Shown here: positions 44,236 to 53,495 of the stretch, one piece after another
Layout: the number at the start of each line of letters is the position of its first letter
Numbering within the stretch: the stretch's first letter is position 1
Assembly (NCBI RefSeq): GCF_056746865.1
Contig: NZ_CM163382.1
DNA length: 64,000 bases
Strand: one strand, 5' to 3'
Notes under the pieces: model-generated
Told to the model about the DNA's origin: nothing
The model's database searches: none
The model's input: only the letters and a program-made list of their open reading frames with translations
Made by a program: the position numbers and the translations under genes

Positions 44236-44670
44236 GTGAAAAGTACCAGCGATCTGTTCAATGAAATTATTCCATTGGGTCGCTTAATCCATATGGTTAA
44301 TCAGAAGAAAGATCGCCTGCTTAACGAGTATCTGTCTCCGCTGGATATTACCGCGGCACAGTTTAAGGTGCTCTGCTCTATCCGCTGCGCGGCGTGTATT
44401 ACTCCGGTTGAACTGAAAAAAGTGTTATCGGTCGACCTGGGGGCGCTGACCCGTATGCTGGATCGCCTGGTCTGTAAAGGCTGGGTGGAAAGGTTGCCGA
44501 ACCCGAATGACAAGCGCGGCGTACTGGTAAAACTTACCACCAGCGGCGCGGCAATATGTGAACAATGCCATCAATTAGTTGGCCAGGACCTGCACCAAGA
44601 ATTAACAAAAAACCTGACGGCGGACGAAGTGGCAACACTTGAGCATTTGCTTAAGAAAGTCCTGCCGTAA
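44236..44670 (+). CDS. marR: multiple-antibiotic-resistance repressor MarR (GTG start)
   Basis: 144-aa [23 protein letters not shown]…; carries Ser103 and His137. Confidence 0.9.
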
Positions 44671-44689
44671 ACAAAAAAGAGGTATGACG

Positions 44690-45073
44690 ATGTCCAGACG
44701 CAATACTGACGCTATTACCATTCATAGCATTTTGGACTGGATCGAGGACAACCTGGAATCGCCACTGTCACTGGAGAAAGTGTCAGAGCGTTCGGGTTAC
44801 TCTAAATGGCACCTGCAACGGATGTTTAAAAAAGAAACCGGTCATTCATTAGGCCAATACATCCGCAGCCGTAAGATGACGGAAATCGCGCAAAAGCTGA
44901 AGGAAAGTAACGAGCCGATACTCTATCTGGCAGAACGATATGGCTTCGAGTCGCAACAAACTCTGACCCGAACCTTCAAAAATTACTTTGATGTTCCGCC
45001 GCATAAATACCGGATGACCAATATGCAGGGCGAATCGCGCTTTTTACATCCATTAAATCATTACAACAGCTAG
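44690..45073 (+). CDS. marA: AraC/XylS-family activator MarA
   Basis: 127 aa from [28 protein letters not shown]…. Confidence 0.9.
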
Positions 45074-45104
45074 TTGATAACGTGACAACGTCACTGAGGC
45101 AATC

Positions 45105-45323
45105 ATGAAACCACTTTTATCCGCAATTGCAGCTGCGCTTATTCTCTTTTCCGCGCAGGGCGTTGCGGAACAAACCACGCAGCAGGTTGTTACTTCCTGT
45201 GCCAATGTCGTGGTTGTTCCCCCATCGCATGAACAACCACCGTTTGATTTAAATCACATGGGTACTGGCAGTGATAAGTCGGATGCGCTCGGCGTGCCCT
45301 ATTATAATCAACACGCTATGTAG
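45105..45323 (+). CDS. marB: periplasmic MarB
   Basis: 72-aa ORF with signal peptide. Confidence 0.85.
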   Translation: MKPLLSAIAAALILFSAQGVAEQTTQQVVTSCANVVVVPPSHEQPPFDLNHMGTGSDKSDALGVPYYNQHAM

Positions 45324-45332
45324 TTTGTTCTG

Positions 45333-45355
45333 GCCCCGACATATCGGGGCTTATT
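45333..45355. terminator. bidirectional hairpin terminator between marB and eamA
   Basis: GCCCCGA-cata-TCGGGGC stem then TTATT. Confidence 0.6.
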
Positions 45356-46253
45356 AACTTCCCACTTTTACCGCTTTACGCCACCGCAAGCCAAATACAT
45401 TGATATACAGCCCGGTCATAATGAGCACCGCACCGAAAAATTGCAGACCCGTTAAGCGTTCATCCAGCAATAGTGCCGCACTTGCCAGTCCTACTACGGG
45501 CACCAGTAACGATAACGGTGCAACCCGCCAGGTTTCATAGCGTCCCAGTAACGTCCCCCAGATCCCATAACCAACAATTGTCGCCACAAACGCCAGATAC
45601 ATCAGAGACAAGATGGTGGTCATATCGATAGTGACCAGACTGTGAATCATGGTTGCGGAACCATCGAGAATCAGCGAGGCAACAAAGAAGGGAATGATTG
45701 GGATTAATGCGCTCCAGATTACCAGCGACATCACCGCCGGACGCGTTGAGTGCGACATGATCTTTTTATTGAAGATGTTGCCACACGCCCAACTAAATGC
45801 TGCCGCCAGGGTCAACATAAAGCCGAGCATCGCCACATGCTGACCGTTCAGACTATCTTCGATTAACACCAGTACGCCAAAAATCGCTAAGGCGATCCCC
45901 GCCAATTGTTTGCCATGCAGTCGCTCACCGAAAGTAAACGCGCCAAGCACGATAGTAAAAAACGCCTGTGCCTGTAACACCAACGAAGCCAGACCAGCAG
46001 GCATACCGAAGTTAATGGCACAAAAAAGAAAAGCAAACTGCGCAAAACTGATGGTTAATCCATACCCCAGCAGCAAATTCAGTGGTACTTTCGGTCGTGC
46101 GACAAAAAAGATAGCCGGAAAAGCAACCAGCATAAAGCGCAAACCGGCCAGCATCAGCGGTGGCATGTTATGAAGCCCCACTTTGATGACCACAAAATTT
46201 AGCCCCCATACGACCACTACCAGTAGCGCCAACACCCCATCTTTTCGCGACAT
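45354..46253 (-). CDS. eamA: cysteine / O-acetylserine exporter (DMT family)
   Basis: 299 aa from MSRKDGVLALLVVVVWGLNFVVIK…. Confidence 0.85.
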   Translation of the reverse strand: MSRKDGVLALLVVVVWGLNFVVIKVGLHNMPPLMLAGLRFMLVAFPAIFFVARPKVPLNLLLGYGLTISFAQFAFLFCAINFGMPAGLASLVLQAQAFFTIVLGAFTFGERLHGKQLAGIALAIFGVLVLIEDSLNGQHVAMLGFMLTLAAAFSWACGNIFNKKIMSHSTRPAVMSLVIWSALIPIIPFFVASLILDGSATMIHSLVTIDMTTILSLMYLAFVATIVGYGIWGTLLGRYETWRVAPLSLLVPVVGLASAALLLDERLTGLQFFGAVLIMTGLYINVFGLRWRKAVKVGS

Positions 46254-46447
46254 TCTACCGCCTCTGAATTTCATCTTTTGTAAGCAATCAACTTAGCTGA
46301 ATTTACTTTTCTTTAACAGTTGATTCGTTAGTCACCCTTTACGACGGCATTAATGCGCAAATAAGTCGCTATACTTCGGATTTTTGCCATGCTATTTCTT
46401 TACATCTCTAAAACAAAACATAACGAAACGCACTGCCGGACAGACAA

Positions 46448-47635
46448 ATGAACTTATCCCTACGACGCTCTACCAGCGCCCTTCTTGCCTCGTCGTTGTT
46501 ATTAACCATCGGACGCGGCGCTACGCTGCCGTTTATGACCATTTACTTGAGTCGCCAGTACAGCCTGAGTGTCGATCTAATCGGTTATGCGATGACAATT
46601 GCGCTCACTATTGGCGTCGTTTTTAGCCTCGGTTTTGGTATCCTGGCGGATAAGTTCGACAAGAAACGCTATATGTTACTGGCAATTACCGCCTTCGCCT
46701 GCGGTTTTATTGCCATTCCTTTAGTGAATAACGTGACGCTGGTGGTGCTCTTTTTTGCCCTCATTAACTGCGCCTATTCCGTTTTTGCTACTGTGTTGAA
46801 AGCCTGGTTTGCCGACAATCTTTCGTCCACCAGCAAAACGAAAATCTTCTCAATCAACTACACCATGCTCAACATTGGCTGGACCATCGGTCCGCCGCTC
46901 GGCACGCTGTTGGTGATGCAGAGCATCAATCTGCCCTTTTGGCTGGCAGCTATCTGTTCCGCGTTTCCCATGCTTTTCATTCAAATTTGGGTAAAGCGCA
47001 GCGAGAAAATCATCGCCACGGAAACAGCCAGTGCCTGGTCGCCGAAAGTTTTATTACAAGATAAAGCACTGTTGTGGTTTACCTGCTCTGGCTTTCTGGC
47101 TTCTTTTGTTAGCGGCGCATTTGCTTCATGCATTTCACAATATGTGATGGTGATTGCTGATGGGGATTTTGCCGAAAAGGTGGTCGCGGTTGTTCTTCCA
47201 GTGAATGCTGCCATGGTAGTTACGTTGCAATATTCCGTGGGCCGGCGACTTAACCCGGCTAACATCCGCACGCTGATGACAGCAGGCACCCTCTGTTTCG
47301 TCATCGGTCTGGTCGGTTTTATTTTTTCCGGCAACAGCCTGCTATTGTGGGGTATGTCAGCTGCGGTATTTACTGTCGGTGAAATCATTTATGCGCCGGG
47401 CGAGTATATGTTGATTGACCATATTGCGCCGCCAGGAATGAAAGCCAGCTATTTTTCCGCTCAGTCTTTAGGCTGGCTTGGTGCGGCGATTAACCCATTA
47501 GTGAGTGGCATAGTGCTAACCAACCTGCCGCCTTCCTCGCTGTTTATCATCTTAGCGTTGGTGATCATTGCTGCGTGGGTGCTGATGTTAAAAGGAATTC
47601 GTGCAAGACCGTGGGGGCAGCCCGCGCTTTGTTGA
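46448..47635 (+). CDS. ydeE: MFS transporter
   Basis: 395-aa hydrophobic ORF. Confidence 0.85.
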   Translation: MNLSLRRSTSALLASSLLLTIGRGATLPFMTIYLSRQYSLSVDLIGYAMTIALTIGVVFSLGFGILADKFDKKRYMLLAITAFACGFIAIPLVNNVTLVVLFFALINCAYSVFATVLKAWFADNLSSTSKTKIFSINYTMLNIGWTIGPPLGTLLVMQSINLPFWLAAICSAFPMLFIQIWVKRSEKIIATETASAWSPKVLLQDKALLWFTCSGFLASFVSGAFASCISQYVMVIADGDFAEKVVAVVLPVNAAMVVTLQYSVGRRLNPANIRTLMTAGTLCFVIGLVGFIFSGNSLLLWGMSAAVFTVGEIIYAPGEYMLIDHIAPPGMKASYFSAQSLGWLGAAINPLVSGIVLTNLPPSSLFIILALVIIAAWVLMLKGIRARPWGQPALC

Positions 47636-47860
47636 TTTAAGTCGAACACAATAAAAATTTAATTCAGCCTTCGTTTAGGTTACCTCTGCTAATATCTTTC
47701 TCATTGAGATGAAAATTAAGGTAAGCGAGGAAACACACCACACCATAAACGGAGGCAAATAATGCTGGGTAGACTGGCCCCCTGAATCTCCAGACAACCA
47801 ATATCACTTAAATAAGTGATAGTCTTAATACTAGTTTTTAGACTAGTCATTGGAGAGCAG

Positions 47861-48226
47861 ATGATTGATGTCTTAGGACCGGAGAAACGCAGACGGCGTA
47901 CTACACAGGAAAAGATCGCTATTGTTCAGCAGAGTTTTGAACCGGGAATGACGGTCTCCCTTGTTGCCCGGCAACACGGTGTGGCAGCCAGCCAGTTATT
48001 TCTCTGGCGCAAGCAATACCAGGAGGGAAGTCTTACTGCTGTGGCCGCAGGAGAGCAGGTCGTTCCTGCCTCTGAACTTGCTGCTGCCATGAAGCAGATT
48101 AAAGAACTCCAGCGCCTGCTCGGCAAAAAAACGATGGAAAATGAACTCCTTAAAGAAGCCGTTGAATACGGGCGTGCAAAAAAGTGGATAGCGCACGCGC
48201 CCTTATTGCCCGGGGATGGGGAGTAA
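47861..48226 (+). CDS. insC: IS2 InsC (OrfA)
   Basis: 121 aa [26 protein letters not shown]… with GGAG RBS. Confidence 0.9.
48178..48184 (+). other. IS2 -1 programmed frameshift heptamer AAAAAAG
   Basis: A6G slippery sequence at the insC/insD overlap. Confidence 0.7.
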
Positions 48227-49089
48227 GCTTAGTCAGCCGTTGTCTCCGGGTGTCGCGTGCGCAGTTGCACGTCATTCTCAGACGAACCGATGACTGGAAA
48301 GATGGTCGCCGCAGCCGTCACTCAGATGATACGGATGTGCTTCTCCGTATACACCATGTTATCGGAGAGCTGCCCACGTATGGTTATCGTCGGGTATGGG
48401 CGCTGCTTCGCAGACAGGCCGAACTTGATGGTATGCCTGCGATCAATGCCAAACGTGTTTACCGGATCATGCGCCAGAATGCGCTGTTGCTTGAGCGAAA
48501 AACCGCTGTACCGCCATCGAAACGGGCACATACTGGCAAAGTGGCCGTGAAAGAAAGCAATCAACGATGGTGCTCTGACGGGTTCGAGTTCCGCTGTGAT
48601 AACGGAGAAAAACTGCGAGTCACGTTCGCGCTGGACTGCTGTGACCGTGAGGCACTGCACTGGGCAGTCACTACGGGCGGCTTCGACAGTGAAACAGTAC
48701 AGGACGTAATGCTGGGAGCGGTGGAACGCCGCTTCGGCAACGAGCTTCCGGCGTCTCCAGTAGAGTGGCTGACGGATAATGGTTCATGCTACCGGGCTAA
48801 TGAAACACGGCAGTTTGCCCGGATGTTGGGGCTTGAACCGAAGAACACGGCGGTGCGGAGTCCGGAGAGTAACGGCATAGCAGAGAGCTTCGTGAAAACG
48901 ATAAAGCGTGACTACATCAGTATCATGCCTAAACCAGACGGGTTAACGGCAGCAAAGAACCTTGCAGAGGCGTTCGAGCATTATAACGAATGGCATCCGC
49001 ATAGTGCACTGGGTTATCGCTCGCCACGGGAATATCTACGGCAGCGGGCCAGTAATGGGTTAAGTGATAACAGGTGTCTGGAAATATAG
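48184..49089 (+). CDS. insD: IS2 InsD (OrfB, DDE transposase)
   Basis: 301-aa ORF overlapping insC in the -1 frame. Confidence 0.9.
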
Positions 49090-49220
49090 GGGCAAATCCA
49101 CTGGGTAATATGAATGTTTTTATGGCCGTACTGGGAATAATTTTATTTTCTGGTTTTCTGGCCGCGTATTTCAGCCACAAATGGGATGACTAATGAACGG
49201 AGATAATCCCTCACCTAACC

Positions 49221-49260
49221 GGCCCCTTGTTACAGTTGTGTACAAGGGGCCTGATTTTTA
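49221..49260 (+). terminator. Rho-independent terminator downstream of mgtS
   Basis: 10-bp perfect stem GGCCCCTTGT / ACAAGGGGCC with 11-nt loop followed by TGATTTTTA. Confidence 0.75.
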
Positions 49261-49269
49261 TGACGGCAA

Positions 49270-49377
49270 AAAAAAACCGCCAGTAAACCGGCGGTGAATG
49301 CTTGCATGGATAGATTTGTGTTTTGCTTTTACGCTAACAGGCATTTTCCTGCACTGATAACGGATCGTTGACACAGT
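49270..49377 (-). ncRNA. mgrR: candidate PhoP-activated small RNA (MgrR-like)
   Basis: Minus-strand PhoP-box-type promoter (see 49402-49418) with -10-like AAAACT, about 100-nt transcript ending at minus-strand hairpin CCGCCGGTTTACTGGCGG + U9 (49268-49294); no long ORF. Confidence 0.45.
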
Positions 49378-49401
49378 AGCATCAGTTTTCTCAATGAATG
49401 T

Positions 49402-49418
49402 TAAACGGAGCTTAAACT
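49402..49418 (-). promoter_or_regulatory. PhoP-box-like direct repeat AGTTTA-N5-CGTTTA overlapping the dgcZ stop codon
   Basis: Read on minus strand; matches (T/G)GTTTA-N5-(T/G)GTTTA at 10 of 12 positions; a -10-like hexamer follows after 12 bp. Confidence 0.45.
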
Positions 49419-50302
49419 CGGTTAATCACATTTTGTTCGTCAATAAACATACAGCGATTTCTTCCGGTTTGCTTACCCTCATACATTGCCCGGTCCGCTC
49501 TTCCAATGACCACATCCAGAGGTTCTTCAGGAAATGCGCGACTCACACCTGCAGTCACGGTAATGTTGATATGCCCTTCAGAATGTGTGATGGCATGGTT
49601 ATCGACTAACTGGCAAATTCTGATACCTGCACGACATGCTTCTTCATCATTAGCCGCTTTGACAATAATGATAAATTCTTCGCCACCGTAGCGATAAACC
49701 GTTTCGTAATCGCGCGTCCAACTGGCTAAGTAAGTTGCCAGGGTGCGTAATACTACATCGCCGATTAAATGCCCGTAGGTATCATTAACCAATTTAAATC
49801 GGTCAATATCCAACAACATTAAATAAAGATTCAGAGGCTCAGCGTTGCGTAACTGATGATCAAAGGATTCATCAAGAACCCGACGACCCGGCAATCCCGT
49901 CAAAACATCCATATTGCTACGGATCGTCAGCAAATAAATTTTGTAATCGGTTAATGCCGCAGTAAAAGAAAGCAACCCTTCCTGAAAGGCGTCGAAATGC
50001 GCGTCCTGCCAGTGATTTTCAACAATAGCCAACATTAATTCCCGACCACAGTTATGCATATGTTGATGGGCAGAATCCATTAGCCGAACGTAAGGTAATT
50101 CATCGTTATCGAGTGGTCCCAGATGATCAATCCACCGACCAAACTGGCACAGTCCATAAGAATGGTTATCCGTTATTTCTGGCTTACTGGCATCTCTCGC
50201 GACCACGCTGTGAAACATACTCACCAGCCACTGGTAGTGGGCATCGATAGCCTTATTGAGATTTAACAAGATGGCATCAATTTCCGTTGTCTTCTTGATC
50301 AT
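49412..50302 (-). CDS. dgcZ: zinc-sensing diguanylate cyclase (CZB + GGDEF)
   Basis: 296 aa from MIKKTTEIDAILLNLNKAIDAHYQWLV…; GGEEF motif (…RYGGEEFIIIV…). Confidence 0.9.
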   Translation of the reverse strand: MIKKTTEIDAILLNLNKAIDAHYQWLVSMFHSVVARDASKPEITDNHSYGLCQFGRWIDHLGPLDNDELPYVRLMDSAHQHMHNCGRELMLAIVENHWQDAHFDAFQEGLLSFTAALTDYKIYLLTIRSNMDVLTGLPGRRVLDESFDHQLRNAEPLNLYLMLLDIDRFKLVNDTYGHLIGDVVLRTLATYLASWTRDYETVYRYGGEEFIIIVKAANDEEACRAGIRICQLVDNHAITHSEGHINITVTAGVSRAFPEEPLDVVIGRADRAMYEGKQTGRNRCMFIDEQNVINRV

Positions 50303-50556
50303 TGCCACTCCTTTTTCACAGTTCCTTGTGCGCGCTATTCTAACGAGAGAAAAGCAAAATTACGTCAATATTTTCATAGAAATCCGAAGTTATGAGTCAT
50401 CTCTGAGATAACATTGTGATTTGAAACAAAATCAGCAGATAAAAAAGTGTTTAATTCTGTAAATTAAGCCTGCATTATCGCAATTAAAAGGATGACAAAT
50501 AGCATAAACCAATACCCTAATGGCCCAGTAGTTCAGGCCATCAGGCTCATTTATTT

Positions 50557-50949
50557 TTATTTCTGCAAATGAGTGACCCGAACGACGGCCGGCGCGCTTT
50601 TCTTATCCAGACTGCCGCTAATGTTGATCATCTGGTCCGGCTGAACTTCTCGTCCATCAAAGACTGCCGCAGGAATAACAACATTAATTTCACCGCTCTT
50701 ATCGCGAAAAACGTAACGGTCCTCTCCTTTGTGAGAAATCAAATTACCGCGTAGTGAAACCGAAGCGCCATCATGCATGGTTTTTGCGAAATCTACGGTC
50801 ATTTTTTTTGCATCATCGGTTCCGCGATAGCCATCTTCTATTGCATGAGGCGGCGGTGGCGCTGCATCCTGTTTTAAACCGCCCTGGTCATCTGCCAACG
50901 CATAAGGCATGACAAGAAAACTTGCTAATACAATGGCCTGAAATTTCAT
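50557..50949 (-). CDS. ydeI: periplasmic OB-fold (BOF/YgiW family) stress protein
   Basis: 130-aa ORF with signal peptide. Confidence 0.85.
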
Positions 50950-51191
50950 ACTGACTCCTTAATTGCGTTTGGTTTGACTTATTAAGTCTGGTTGCTATTT
51001 TTATAATTGACAAATAAGAATACTGCCAATTGTTATAAGGCATTTAAAATCAGGCAACTAGCTGTCAAATATTAAGAGAATTTAACTCACTAAAGTAAGA
51101 AGAAGATTAAAGAGTCTTAAACATATTTCAGAACAATCAGATTTATAAATTTGAAAATTATTATAACGGAAGGGTATACAAAAAAAGTAAT

Positions 51192-51269
51192 TTTGCTGGC
51201 GACTGCGAAACGGCATTCGCATTAGCGGTGAAGTTTGCCCCCACCCAGCTGCTGCAATTACTGCTCTAA
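51192..51269 (+). pseudogene. possible 3'-terminal remnant of a deleted ydeJ-like (CinA C-terminal-domain) gene
   Basis: Plus-strand frame without start codon ends …FAGDCETAFALAVKFAPTQLLQLLL* just before a strong hairpin; loosely resembles CinA/PncC-type C-termini; no full ORF present. Confidence 0.3.
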
Positions 51270-51272
51270 CCA

Positions 51273-51302
51273 GGCTGGCCTGGCGATATCTCCAGGCCAG
51301 CC
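51273..51302. terminator. 11-bp perfect inverted repeat GGCTGGCCTGG-N8-CCAGGCCAGCC between gene remnant and dcp
   Basis: Read from sequence; 12 bp beyond dcp stop; U-richer on plus strand. Confidence 0.5.
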
Positions 51303-51313
51303 ATTGGTGGTGT

Positions 51314-53359
51314 TTATATGTTCAAGCCACGATGTTGCAGCATCGGCATAATCTGAGGTGCCTTACCGCGCCATTGTCGATACAGGCGTTCCAGATCTTC
51401 GCTGTTACCTCTGGAAAGAATCGCCTCGCGAAAACGCCGCCCATTTTCACGCGTTAATCCGCCCTGCTCAACAAACCACTGGTAACCATCATCGGCCAAC
51501 ATTTGCGTCCACAGATAAGCGTAATAACCTGCGGCATATCCGCCACCAAAAATATGGGCGAAATAACTGCTGCGATAGCGTGGCGGTATAGCGGGAAGAT
51601 CCATATTTTCTGCCACCAGCGCCCGCAATTCGAAATCATCGACATCCTGCATTGCTTCGTTTTCTTCCAGGCAATGCCAGCGCATATCGAGAAGTGCGGC
51701 GCTAAGCAGTTCGCTCATCTCATACCCTTTATTGAACAGGCTGGCATTACGCATTTTCTGTTGCAGTTCGTCAGGCATTGCTGCCCCGCTCTGATAATGC
51801 CGGGCGTAGCGAGCGAATACCTGCGGATGCGTTGCCCAGTGTTCGTTGATTTGCGACGGAAATTCGACAAAATCACGCGGCGTGTTGGTGCCGGAAAGTG
51901 TGGCATAACGCTGGCGGGCAAAGAGGCCGTGCAACGTATGACCAAATTCATGGAATAAGGTTATGACATCATCCCAGAGTAACAACGCAGGCTCACCGGC
52001 AGCGGGTTTCTGATAATTGCAGACGTTATAAATTACCGGATGCGTTTCATTAAGCGTTGATTGCTCAACAAAATTGCCCATCCATGCACCGCCGCTTTTT
52101 GAATCACGGGCGAAGAAATCACCGTAAAATAACGCCAGCCCCACGCCATTATGATCAAAAATTTCCCATACACGAACGTCAGGATGGTAGACAGGAATAT
52201 CAAAACGTTCGACAAACTTAATACCGAAGAGCTGATTCGCGGTCCAGAATACACCTTCATTCAACACCGTGTTTAATTCAAAATATGGCTTGAGCTGCGA
52301 TTCATCGAGATCGAATTTCTCACGTCTTACCTGCTCGGCATAAAATGCCCAGTCCCACGGCTGCGCGCTAAACCCGCCCTGCTGCTTATCGATAACCGCC
52401 TGTATGGAGGCTAATTCATCGCTCGCACGTTGACGCGCCGCTGGAACAATTTCCCGCATAAAGTTGAGTGCTGCTTCTGGCGTTTTTGCCATCTGATCGG
52501 CGATTTTCCATGCGGCATAATGAGGGAAACCAAGCAGTTTCGCCTGCTGCGCGCGGATCTCCACCAGACGTTGAATGATAGCGCGGGTATCATTGGCATC
52601 ATTTTTTTCCGCTCGCGTCCAGCCCGCAGTGAACAGTTTTTCACGCGTCGCGCGATCGCGCAGTTCAGCAAGCGCTGGTTGCTGGGTGGTATTCAGCAAC
52701 GGAATCAGCCATTTGTTATCCAGACCTTTCTCGCGAGCCGCCTCTGCCGCCAGCGCAATCTCTTGCTCACTCATTCCTGCCAGCTGCGCGAAATCGTTCA
52801 CAACCAGACCGCCGGATTTATTTGCTGCCAGTAACCGCTGGTTAAACTGGCTGGTCAGGGTCGCAGCTTCTGTATTCAGGACTTTTAATTTTGCTTTATC
52901 AGCTTGTGCAAGTTTGGCTCCGGCAAGGACAAAACGTTGATGAATGACCTCCACCAGGCGGATGGATTCACTATCAAGTCCCAGGGATTCACGGCGTTGC
53001 CAGACAGCATCTACCCGCGCGAATAATTCACCGTTCAGATAGATATCATTAGCCAGTTCCGCCAGTTCAGCGGAAAACTGTTCATCAAGACGCTGTAATT
53101 CATCATTAGTATGCGCCGCAGTCATCGCAAAAAAGACGCTGGTAACGCGGGTAAGTAATTCTCCGCTTTGTTCCAGTGCCAGAATAGTATTGTTGAAATC
53201 AGGTGTTTGCGGGTTAAGCGCGATGGCAGCAATTTCTGCCCGCTTTTGCTGCATTCCCTCATCGAATGCCGGGCGATAGTGATGATTGGCAATTTGATCA
53301 AAATGGGGAGCCAGATACGGCAGTGTGCTTTGCACAAGGAAAGGATTCATTGTTGTCAT
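51314..53359 (-). CDS. dcp: dipeptidyl carboxypeptidase II (M3 metallopeptidase)
   Basis: 681 aa from MTTMNPFLVQSTLPYLAPHFDQI…; HEFGH zinc motif (…TLFHEFGHTLHG…). Confidence 0.9.
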   Translation of the reverse strand: MTTMNPFLVQSTLPYLAPHFDQIANHHYRPAFDEGMQQKRAEIAAIALNPQTPDFNNTILALEQSGELLTRVTSVFFAMTAAHTNDELQRLDEQFSAELAELANDIYLNGELFARVDAVWQRRESLGLDSESIRLVEVIHQRFVLAGAKLAQADKAKLKVLNTEAATLTSQFNQRLLAANKSGGLVVNDFAQLAGMSEQEIALAAEAAREKGLDNKWLIPLLNTTQQPALAELRDRATREKLFTAGWTRAEKNDANDTRAIIQRLVEIRAQQAKLLGFPHYAAWKIADQMAKTPEAALNFMREIVPAARQRASDELASIQAVIDKQQGGFSAQPWDWAFYAEQVRREKFDLDESQLKPYFELNTVLNEGVFWTANQLFGIKFVERFDIPVYHPDVRVWEIFDHNGVGLALFYGDFFARDSKSGGAWMGNFVEQSTLNETHPVIYNVCNYQKPAAGEPALLLWDDVITLFHEFGHTLHGLFARQRYATLSGTNTPRDFVEFPSQINEHWATHPQVFARYARHYQSGAAMPDELQQKMRNASLFNKGYEMSELLSAALLDMRWHCLEENEAMQDVDDFELRALVAENMDLPAIPPRYRSSYFAHIFGGGYAAGYYAYLWTQMLADDGYQWFVEQGGLTRENGRRFREAILSRGNSEDLERLYRQWRGKAPQIMPMLQHRGLNI

Positions 53360-53495
53360 TTTCTTCTCCTGAACGCGAGGTGTTCCATAGCGTAGGCTTA
53401 CTGATAACGGAGTGCAATCTTGCAAACCAGTATTACCCGCTCTTAAGCATCACGTGCTATGTTATTGACACACAAAAGCGTTGAGGAACAGTGAG

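Larger units (their letters stand above)
47770..49100 (+). mobile_element. IS2 insertion sequence, 1331 bp, with 5-bp target-site duplication CTGGG
   Basis: Imperfect terminal inverted repeats (TAGACTGGCCCC… / …GGGGCAAATCCA); direct repeats CTGGG at 47765-47769 and 49101-49105; encodes InsC/InsD. Confidence 0.9.
47762..49193 (+). pseudogene. mgtS: small-protein gene mgtS interrupted by IS2 after its 8th nucleotide
   Basis: ATGCTGGG at 47762-47769 then IS2; after IS2, CTGGGTAATATGAATGTTTTTATGGCC… encodes (ML)GNMNVFMAVLGIILFSGFLAAYFSHKWDD, matching MgtS/YneM as I recall it. Confidence 0.7.

Noticed and set aside
47672-47695. Possible PhoP-dependent promoter of mgtS (CGTTTA half-site, 12 bp, TAATAT)
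   Set aside because: Only one hexamer of the direct repeat is convincing, so not called as a feature; noted because the IS2 insertion would separate it from the gene body
51503-52940. Plus-strand ORFs of 151, 134 and 121 codons inside dcp
   Set aside because: Antisense to the intact peptidase gene; shadow frames
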